DNA of 58,146 nucleotides from an uncultured Acidobacteriota bacterium (GTDB lineage Bacteria; Acidobacteriota; Vicinamibacteria; Fen-336; JAGNNV01): NCBI GenBank assembly GCA_964646485.1, contig CAZYEA010000002.1, positions 1 to 58,146 of the forward strand, read 5' to 3'. Shown piece by piece: positions 51,776 to 58,146 of this stretch (position 1 is its first letter; each line of letters starts with the position of its first letter). The notes under the pieces were generated by a model. It saw only the letters and a program-made list of their open reading frames with translations, ran no database searches and was not told where the DNA came from. The position numbers and the translations under genes were made by a program.

Positions 51776-53440
51776 CTACTTCGACGCGCCTTCGGTCCCC
51801 TGCGCGCTGTCCGTCCGCGCGGGCGGAGGTGTCGCGCGCACGGTGGGGTACTTGATGCCGAGCTGCTCGAGGTAGGTCTTGTACTTCGTGGGATCGTAGT
51901 AGAGCGGACGCATCTTCTCGCGGTACTGCTCGAGGATCTCCTTGTTGAGGTGAACCGCGGGCTTGTCGTCGGCCTTGAGGAACGAAATGTACTTTCGGTC
52001 CTTGGTCTGAACCTCGTTGAAGTACTTCTGGGCGTCGATGAGGATCTGAGGCTTGGCGAAGAGGTCGAGAAGAGTGGCCGCCATGACCTTTGCCCCCGCG
52101 GTCGAGCCCTTGTGGGCGATGGGGGTGGCCATGGAAATGGCGTTCCAGAAGCTGTGGCCGGGAAGGTTAGGAATGTTCGCGGGATAGCGAAGGGTGACCG
52201 AAGGCATCTGCCACTGGATGTCGCCGATGTCATCCGAGCCGCCTCCGGTGCGCGTCTTCTCGTCGGCCGGGCCCTCGAGTTCCTTCACTTTGGTCGCGAG
52301 TCCCTCTTCCTTGACCGCAAGCTCCTTCTGGACGGCCTTGGCGAGAGTGAGGTCGTTGTCATCCCAGGTGGGCATGCCCACCCTCTTGATGTTCGCGTCC
52401 ATCGCTTCGGCCACCGGCTTGTTCATGTGATGGTCCATGGCGGAACCAAGGACGGTGGACGTCCACATGGTGTCAGTCATCATGGCGGCGCCCTGGGCCA
52501 CGCGATTGCCGATGTCCCACAGATTCTTGGTGGCCGCGTAGTCCGTCTCGCGGAAGTAGTACCAGACGCTCGCCTTGCTCGGGACCACGTTCGGCTGGTC
52601 GCCGCCGTCGGGGATCACGTAGTGCGAGCGCTGGGTGTACTTCAGATGTTCGCGGCGGAAGTTCCAGCCCACGTCCATCAGCTCGACCGCGTCGAGCGCG
52701 CTCTTCCCGCGCCAGGGGCTGCCCGCGGCGTGGGCGGCGGCGCCGGTGAAGTCGTAGCGCACGGAGACCAAGGCATTGCTCGACTGGGTGCCCCAGGCGA
52801 CGCCGAGATCCGAGGACACGTGGGAGAAGAGGGTGATGTCGATGTCCTTGAAGAGGCCATCGCGCACGTAGATGGCCTTGCTTCCCACGAGTTCTTCGGC
52901 CACTCCGGGCCAGATCACAAGCGTGCCGGCGATCTTCTCGCGCTCCATGATCTTCTTCACGGCCAGGGCCCCGACGATGTTCACGGCCATGCCGGAGTTA
53001 TGGCCTTCGCCGTGCCCGGGCGCGCCCACGATCATGGGATCCGGATATGAAACGCCCGGCTTCTGCGAGGCCTTGGGAATGCCGTCGATGTCCGTGCCGA
53101 GCGAGATCACGGGCTTGCCCGAACCCCAGCGCGCGAACCAGGCGGTGGGCATGCCGGAGACGCCCTTCGTAACCGTGAAGCCGTTCTTCTCGAGAAGGCC
53201 CACGAGATATTTCGAGGTCTCGACTTCCTGGAACCCGAGCTCGCCGAAGCTGAAGATCTGGTCCACCATCTGCTGGACCATGTCCTTGTTCTTCTCGACC
53301 TCGGCGATGACCTCGGTCTTCAGCGCTTCGAGCTTCTTCGCCTCCATGGTTCCGGGAGGCGGAGGCGGAACCGGAGTGGGCTTCGCCTTGGGCTGGGGAG
53401 CGAGCAGAACAGTGAGAGCGAACGCGGCGACGAGACTCAT
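51776..53440 (-). CDS. secreted M20-family amidohydrolase (AbgB-like)
   Basis: The ATG at 53440 is preceded by GGAGGAG. Signal peptide MSLVAAFALTVLLAP. ..FSFGELGFQEVETSKYLVGLLEKNGFTV..GTDIDGIP..GAPGHGEGHNSG... Confidence 0.85.
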   Translation of the reverse strand: MSLVAAFALTVLLAPQPKAKPTPVPPPPPGTMEAKKLEALKTEVIAEVEKNKDMVQQMVDQIFSFGELGFQEVETSKYLVGLLEKNGFTVTKGVSGMPTAWFARWGSGKPVISLGTDIDGIPKASQKPGVSYPDPMIVGAPGHGEGHNSGMAVNIVGALAVKKIMEREKIAGTLVIWPGVAEELVGSKAIYVRDGLFKDIDITLFSHVSSDLGVAWGTQSSNALVSVRYDFTGAAAHAAGSPWRGKSALDAVELMDVGWNFRREHLKYTQRSHYVIPDGGDQPNVVPSKASVWYYFRETDYAATKNLWDIGNRVAQGAAMMTDTMWTSTVLGSAMDHHMNKPVAEAMDANIKRVGMPTWDDNDLTLAKAVQKELAVKEEGLATKVKELEGPADEKTRTGGGSDDIGDIQWQMPSVTLRYPANIPNLPGHSFWNAISMATPIAHKGSTAGAKVMAATLLDLFAKPQILIDAQKYFNEVQTKDRKYISFLKADDKPAVHLNKEILEQYREKMRPLYYDPTKYKTYLEQLGIKYPTVRATPPPARTDSAQGTEGASK

Positions 53441-53573
53441 GCGGGGATCTCCTCCTGGAGGTTTTGGTTGAAAGGAGCCTACCGTATGGGCCCCGGCCCG
53501 AAGCCCGGCCATGCTGAATTGAAAACCGACATTGCGCCGGTCCCGCATCCCCGCTCGTTGGCGAGAGAACGCG

Positions 53574-54575
53574 TTATCTCACCTTCACCACGACCTTGCC
53601 TTTGGCGCGCCCCGACTCGACGTAGGCCATGGCCTCGTTCGTCGATTCGAAGGGAAAGACCCGATCCACAACCGGGCGTATGACCCCGGAATCGACGAGA
53701 GCGGTGATCTCGCGCAACTGGGCCCCGCTCGCCCTCATGAAGAGGAAGGAAAAGCCCACCCCGCGGCGTGTCGCCCTTCGCCTGACTCCGAAGCTCAGGA
53801 GGCTCATGGTCGCTCTCACGATCCAGGGAGACCCGAGCGCTCGGCCAAACTCCGGGTCGGGCGGTCCCGAGAGGGAGACGAGCTTTCCCCCGGGGCGCAA
53901 CACACGCAGGGACTTCTCGAGCGCCTTCGCGTCCTGGCTATGCAGGACCACGTCGTAGTCATGCAGGATGGATTCGAAGTCGTCCTTCCTGTAGTCGATG
54001 ACGATGTCGGCCCCGAGGCGTTTCACCCAATCGACATTGGCCCCGCTGGTCGTCGTGGCTACGGTGGCACCCAGGTGCTTGGCGAGCTGAATGGCAAAGG
54101 TTCCGACGCCGCCGGAGCCCGCCTGGATGAAGACCCTTTGCCCTGGCCTCAGATTCGCCTTCTCGACCAGCGCCTGCCAGGCGGTCAGACCGACCAGGGG
54201 GATGGAGGCCGCTTCCTCCATGGTGAGCCGGTGGGGCTTGATGGCCAGAGAGTCCTCCTTGATCGCGATCAATTCGGAGAAGGCCCCAATGCGAAAGTCG
54301 TCGGGCCGGGAATAGACCTCGTCGCCGGGCTTGAATGCCCGCACCCGGGGCCCGACCCGCACCACCGTCCCGGCCACGTCATGGCCGAGAATGATGGGCA
54401 GACGATAGGGCAGGATGAGCTTGAACTCTCCGTCCCGGATCTTGGAGTCCAGGAGATTCACGCCTGCGGCGTGGATCTGGACCAATACCTCGTCGTCCCC
54501 CGGCTCCGGGGCGGGCGTTTCGCCCGCTCGCAGGCCGTCCTTGCTTCGATAGCGATCGAGAATGAAAGCTTTCAT
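53574..54575 (-). CDS. medium-chain (zinc-type/quinone oxidoreductase-like) NAD(P)-dependent dehydrogenase
   Basis: DEVLVQIHAAGVNLLDSKIRDG..ILGHDVAGTVV..VFIQAGSGGVGTFAIQLAKHLGA. The ATG overlaps the SDR stop (ATGA). Confidence 0.85.
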   Translation of the reverse strand: MKAFILDRYRSKDGLRAGETPAPEPGDDEVLVQIHAAGVNLLDSKIRDGEFKLILPYRLPIILGHDVAGTVVRVGPRVRAFKPGDEVYSRPDDFRIGAFSELIAIKEDSLAIKPHRLTMEEAASIPLVGLTAWQALVEKANLRPGQRVFIQAGSGGVGTFAIQLAKHLGATVATTTSGANVDWVKRLGADIVIDYRKDDFESILHDYDVVLHSQDAKALEKSLRVLRPGGKLVSLSGPPDPEFGRALGSPWIVRATMSLLSFGVRRRATRRGVGFSFLFMRASGAQLREITALVDSGVIRPVVDRVFPFESTNEAMAYVESGRAKGKVVVKVR

Positions 54576-55393
54576 GAGTTCTCCTGGGTGTCGAGGCGTA
54601 GGTCTTTACGAATCCCGCCGTCCATCAAAGCCGCGGGCGCGAACCTGCGAAGGAGCCGCAGGCGGCTCGCGAGGGGGCCGGCGGTGTATCGGAGTCTCGG
54701 GTGGGCCGCGGTAGCGGCCTGCAGCACGACCTCGGCCACGACGCTCGGCGGATCGGCGGCGGCCATGAGCTCCCCGAGCCTCCTGACCACGGCCTCGCGA
54801 ACCTCGCGATATTCATCGAGCTTGGAGTCGGCTTCCAGAAGGTTCGCGTCGAACGGCGTCTTCGTGTACGCGGGTTCGATGACCGAGACCCGGATGCCCT
54901 TCCCGCGCAGCTCATGGTCGAGCGATTCCGAATAGCCTTCGATGGCGTGCTTGGTGGCGGCATAGAGCGCCCCGTAGGGCATGGGCAGGAAACCGAGCAC
55001 GGAGCCGATGTTGATGATGCGACCACGGCCCTGGCCTCGCATGTGGGGCACGACGGCACGCGTCATCCGGACCACTCCGAAGAAGTTCGTATCGAAGATC
55101 GAGCGGGCCTGTTCGATCGAACTCTCTTCCGCCCCGGCGGGAGCGACACCGAAGCCGGCGTTGTTCACCAGCAGGTCGATGCGCCCCTCCAATCGCATCA
55201 CTTCCTTCACCGCGGCGGCCACAGATTCATCGCTGGTCACGTCGAGAGCCAGCATCTCGAAGGACCGCTGGCCCGCCTGGGCTCCCCGCCTGCTGGTGCC
55301 GTAGACCTTGTAGCCCGCCGCGGCCAGCCGTTGCGCGGTGGCTTCGCCGATGCCGGAGGAGGCCCCCGTAACGAGGGCGGTATTGCTGTTCAT
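54572..55393 (-). CDS. short-chain dehydrogenase/reductase (SDR)
   Basis: ALVTGASSGIGEATA (TGxxxGxG), NNAG, catalytic YAATKHAIEGY. Confidence 0.9.
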   Translation of the reverse strand: MNSNTALVTGASSGIGEATAQRLAAAGYKVYGTSRRGAQAGQRSFEMLALDVTSDESVAAAVKEVMRLEGRIDLLVNNAGFGVAPAGAEESSIEQARSIFDTNFFGVVRMTRAVVPHMRGQGRGRIINIGSVLGFLPMPYGALYAATKHAIEGYSESLDHELRGKGIRVSVIEPAYTKTPFDANLLEADSKLDEYREVREAVVRRLGELMAAADPPSVVAEVVLQAATAAHPRLRYTAGPLASRLRLLRRFAPAALMDGGIRKDLRLDTQENS

Positions 55394-55448
55394 GACTTCA
55401 GTTCCTTCTTTGTGCGGTTGTGCGGTGGTTCATCGTGGCAGCGTCAGA

Positions 55449-55477
55449 AATATGATGAGCGTCATATTTTGATTCAA
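55449..55477 (-). promoter_or_regulatory. candidate sigma70-type promoter overlapped by a TetR operator palindrome, upstream of the SDR/MDR operon
   Basis: Palindrome AATATGA-TGAGCG-TCATATT at 55449..55468. On the minus strand TTGAAT (55477..55472), 17 nt, then CATATT (55454..55449), so the palindrome covers the spacer and the -10 element. Confidence 0.5.
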
Positions 55478-55505
55478 AGAGAGACCCGTGCCGGTGCTGA
55501 GGGCA

Positions 55506-56102
55506 TCAGTCGCCTTTGGGGGTGAGGTGCTGGAGCGCCGCCTCGCGCAGCGCATCGGAAAGCCGGGAATCGTCCACCGCGCGCGCCAGCACCAGGGCGC
55601 CGACCATGGTGGTGACGGTGGCCAGGGCGCGCTCATGGGCGCCGGGACGCCCCCAGTCGGGCGACTGTCGGGCCACGAGGTCGATCATCTCCTTGATGCG
55701 ACGGGTCGCCGCGCGCCGGACTTCCGGCGCCTGACGCGGCGTCTCCGAGCACAGCGCGGCCACGCCGCAGCCGGTCTCCACGGCTTTGACATGCTCCTTT
55801 GAGAGGTAGGCCCGCAGCAGGGCGGGCAGGGCCTTCCGCGGCGGAGCCGCGGCGGCGAGGCGGGCCACCGAGGCCAGGCCCTCGGCGCCGGCGCGGTCGA
55901 CCGCCTCGGCGAGCATGGCCTCGCGCGAGGCGAAGTGAGCGTAGAAGCCGCCGTGGGTCAGGCCCGCGTCTTTCATGATGTCGGCGACGCCGGCGCCTCC
56001 GTAGCCGCTCCGTCGGACGGCGCGCGCCGCGGCCGCGACGATGCGTTCGTGGGTGGCTTCCTTGCGCCCGGGGGCGGTCGATTTCGTGACAGCGGCTCGC
56101 AT
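55506..56102 (-). CDS. TetR-family transcriptional regulator
   Basis: HTH region ERIVAAAARAVRRSGYGGAGVADIMKDAGLTHGGFYAHFASREAML. ATG at 56102 was chosen; the 5' extension of track ORF 55506..56423 is Arg-rich shadow. Confidence 0.85.
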   Translation of the reverse strand: MRAAVTKSTAPGRKEATHERIVAAAARAVRRSGYGGAGVADIMKDAGLTHGGFYAHFASREAMLAEAVDRAGAEGLASVARLAAAAPPRKALPALLRAYLSKEHVKAVETGCGVAALCSETPRQAPEVRRAATRRIKEMIDLVARQSPDWGRPGAHERALATVTTMVGALVLARAVDDSRLSDALREAALQHLTPKGD

Positions 56103-56119
56103 ATGACGATCATCATATT
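56100..56119 (-). promoter_or_regulatory. second copy of the operator palindrome, overlapping the TetR start codon
   Basis: Minus strand AATATGA-TGATCG-TCATATG, identical at 18 of 20 positions to 55449..55468. Its last three bases are the tetR ATG. Confidence 0.5.
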
Positions 56120-56257
56120 CGCTCCCGGCGCGAAGCACAAGCGGGATCCGGCCGGCGCGAGGCGCGACACGCCCTGGCCGGAACCTTCGGAAGCCTTCAT
56201 ACTGGGGACCAGCACCGCGACACCGGAGGACCCACCCTGTCAACAACCGCCGACCCG

Positions 56258-56746
56258 ATGGACCCGTCGCTCGACCTGCTACGAGACCTCGTGTCCCACA
56301 AGGGCTACGCGAACGCGGCCTTTCTGTTGAGCGTCCAGCGATCCGATGACGCCGCTCGCGATCCGGAAGTGTGCGAGCTGCTCCACCATGTCCTCGTTTC
56401 GAACCGGTTCTGGATCTCCGCAATCCTCGGACTCTCCTTCAACGTGGAGGAAGAGGTCCGGTCCTCGCGAACCCTGTCCGAGCTGGTGAAGGGATTCCGC
56501 GAGACCCAAGAGATGGAGACGGCATGGTTCCAGCGGGCCGGCGCGGCCGACCTCGCACGCATCATCGAAGGCGCCCTGATTCCAGGAGGGACGCGCACGG
56601 TGGCCCAGGCGCTCCTTCAGGTCTGCCTGCACTCCCACGGCCACCGCGCGCAATGCGCGAAGCTGCTGCGCCGGCACGGGGTGACGCCGCCCGCGACCGA
56701 CTTCATCGTGTGGGTGGGTTCGCGGGACGAGGCCGAGTGGCCTTAG
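56258..56746 (+). CDS. DinB-family protein
   Basis: ..LLHHVLVSNRFW.. and ..LLQVCLHSHGHRAQCAKLL: the DinB-type His pattern. Confidence 0.7.
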   Translation: MDPSLDLLRDLVSHKGYANAAFLLSVQRSDDAARDPEVCELLHHVLVSNRFWISAILGLSFNVEEEVRSSRTLSELVKGFRETQEMETAWFQRAGAADLARIIEGALIPGGTRTVAQALLQVCLHSHGHRAQCAKLLRRHGVTPPATDFIVWVGSRDEAEWP

Positions 56747-56781
56747 GCGGAAGCAGTCCATCGAGAACCCGTCTACCCGCC

Positions 56782-57483
56782 ATGGAAACGCCTGCTCTCC
56801 TTGAATTCGTTCGACTCATCATCGGCGGAGACCTGGTCCGCGTCGCTGATCGGCTGCGCGATGCCCCGGCGCTGGCCCGGATGACCTTGGCCGCCGGGGC
56901 GACCCGGGGCGCGGCAGCGGACTTCTTCTTCGCGGAGATCTCTCACTACATGTATGCCGGGGACACGCCACTCCACATGGCCGCGGCGGCTTCCTCCCGC
57001 GCCATGGCGAGACTGCTGGTGTCGCAGGGAGCGGACTGTCGCGCGCGGAATCGGCTCGGCGCGGAGCCCCTTCACTACGCGGCGGATGGGGATCGCTCCC
57101 GGCCGCTGGCCCAGGCCCAGGTGATCGAGTACCTCGTCTCGGAGGGCGCCGACCCCGATGCCCTCGACAAGTCCGGCGTGGCTCCCCTGCACCGGGCGGT
57201 CCGAAGGCGGTCCCTCGCCGCCGTCCGGGCCCTGCTTGATGGCGGTGCGGAACCGCGGCAGGTGAACAAGTCGGGCTCGACGCCCCTCCATCTTGCCGTA
57301 CAGTCGACGGGCGCGAGCGGCAGCGGGTCGGAGGAAGCACACCGAGAACAGGAGGCGATCATCCGACTCCTGCTCGAACGTGGCGCGAGACCGACGGACC
57401 AGGATGCGAACGGCAAATCGGTCGCACAAGCGGCCACGAGTGAGTGGATCCGCCTGTTGCTGCGGGAGGGCGTCCGTCGCTGA
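56782..57483 (+). CDS. ankyrin-repeat protein
   Basis: Repeated GDTPLHMAAAASSRAMARLLVSQGADCRARN / GAEPLHYAA / SGVAPLHRAVRRRSLAAVRALLDGGAEPRQVN / GSTPLHLAV units. ATG at 56782; the 5' part of track ORF 56371..57483 overlaps the DinB gene. Confidence 0.85.
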   Translation: METPALLEFVRLIIGGDLVRVADRLRDAPALARMTLAAGATRGAAADFFFAEISHYMYAGDTPLHMAAAASSRAMARLLVSQGADCRARNRLGAEPLHYAADGDRSRPLAQAQVIEYLVSEGADPDALDKSGVAPLHRAVRRRSLAAVRALLDGGAEPRQVNKSGSTPLHLAVQSTGASGSGSEEAHREQEAIIRLLLERGARPTDQDANGKSVAQAATSEWIRLLLREGVRR

Positions 57484-57507
57484 GCCCTGGGCCCTGGCGC
57501 GGGGCCC

Positions 57508-58146
57508 TCAGGCTTCGATCTTCTCGGGGCCCGGTTCCTTCACGATGGTGGGCTTGAAGTCGAAGGCAAGGCCGTCGCCCGCTTCATTCAGCTTGATCGT
57601 GACTTCCCCACCCGCCTCGAGCTTGCCGAAGAGGATCTCGTCGGTGAGCGGATCGCGGACGTGCTCCTGGATGATCCGGGTCACCGGGCGCGCGCCGAAC
57701 TTGGGGTCGTAGCCCTTCCGCGCGAGCCAGCCCCGCGCCTCTTCGGCAAGCGTGATCGCCACCTTCCGCTCGCGAAGCTGCGACTCGAGCTCGAGGATGA
57801 ACTTCGACACGATGAGTTCCATGGCCTCGAAGGGCAGGGAATCGAAGGTCACGATGGCGGAGAGGCGGTTCCGGAACTCCGGCGCGAACAGCTTCTCGAT
57901 GGCGCCCTTCCCCCTCGCCGCGGTGTCCTTGGCCGCGTTGCGCTGGAGGCCGATGGCGCGGTTGCTCATCTCCTGCGAGCCCGCGTTGCTGGTCATGATC
58001 AGGATGGCCTGGCGAAAGTCCGCCTTGCGACCGTTGTTGTCGGTGAGGGTCGCGTGATCCATCACCTGGAGCAGGATGTTGAAGATGTCGGGATGGGCCT
58101 TCTCGATTTCGTCGAGCAGGATCACGCAGTACGGATTCTTGCGCCC
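57508..58146 (-). CDS. clpA: ATP-dependent Clp protease ATP-binding subunit ClpA, C-terminal part (gene continues beyond window end)
   Basis: ..ILLDEIEKAHPDIFNILLQVMDHATLTDNNGRKADFRQAILIMTSNAG (D2 sensor region) and ..ARKGYDPKFGARPVTRIIQEHVRDPLTDEILFGKL (ClpA-type C-terminal D2-small domain). The reading frame stays open to position 58146. Confidence 0.85.
   Translation of the reverse strand, partial: GRKNPYCVILLDEIEKAHPDIFNILLQVMDHATLTDNNGRKADFRQAILIMTSNAGSQEMSNRAIGLQRNAAKDTAARGKGAIEKLFAPEFRNRLSAIVTFDSLPFEAMELIVSKFILELESQLRERKVAITLAEEARGWLARKGYDPKFGARPVTRIIQEHVRDPLTDEILFGKLEAGGEVTIKLNEAGDGLAFDFKPTIVKEPGPEKIEA

Noticed and set aside
1-58146. Search for CRISPR repeats, IS/transposase or integrase genes, phage modules, toxin-antitoxin pairs, known defence-system hallmarks, and rRNA or tRNA genes.
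   Set aside because: No regularly spaced direct repeats were seen. No DDE or tyrosine-recombinase motifs were found. No small paired ORFs remain unexplained by the annotated genes. Intergenic space is minimal, with the largest gaps being about 225 nt (32432..32657) and 185 nt.

Overview
High-GC bacterial chromosome segment, very densely coding; its gene content suggests Acidobacteriota or Myxococcota, but that is an unverified guess. I found no rRNA, tRNA, CRISPR array, transposase or integrase. Positions 1-30.3 kb form one large type IVa pilus (T4aP) supercluster, almost all on the minus strand. Its order is pilB, a YfhO-like membrane protein, pilT, pilC, pilS, pilR, pilA, an ABC ATPase, an ABC-2 permease, a periplasmic protein and a GT39-like protein. 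After a plus-strand FkbM methyltransferase and a 717-aa membrane protein, it continues with pilD, a histidine kinase, fimU, pilV, pilW, pilX, pilY1, a zinc-ribbon/TPR protein, a coiled-coil protein and a second sigma54 response regulator that is cut by the window edge. pilA has a correctly spaced sigma54 (-24/-12) promoter, an upstream palindrome and a textbook intrinsic terminator. The main oddity is that five large polytopic GT-C/YfhO-like membrane proteins are interleaved with or flank the pil genes. They come with a GT2 polyprenyl-phosphate-sugar-synthase-like enzyme, a hexapeptide acyltransferase, an FkbM methyltransferase and an ABC-2 exporter. I read this as a candidate periplasmic, lipid-carrier-dependent glycosylation system linked to the pilus or cell surface. 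That is a hypothesis, not a demonstration. Positions 36-58 kb are mixed housekeeping and envelope genes: a Tat-signal Fe/Mn superoxide dismutase coupled to a YfhO gene, secreted M28, M1 and M20 peptidases, pirin, YqgE/AlgH, a fused A/B CoA-transferase, CcdA, a 1070-aa membrane/spermidine-synthase-like/TPR fusion, a TlpA thioredoxin coupled to an octaheme cytochrome c with a HEAT/TPR tail, two DinB-fold proteins, a TetR-controlled SDR/MDR oxidoreductase pair with two near-identical operator palindromes, an ankyrin-repeat protein and the 3' part of clpA. Many long ORFs in the supplied track are antisense or out-of-frame shadows typical of high-GC DNA and were rejected. All functional calls rest on motifs I recognised by eye; no database search was run.
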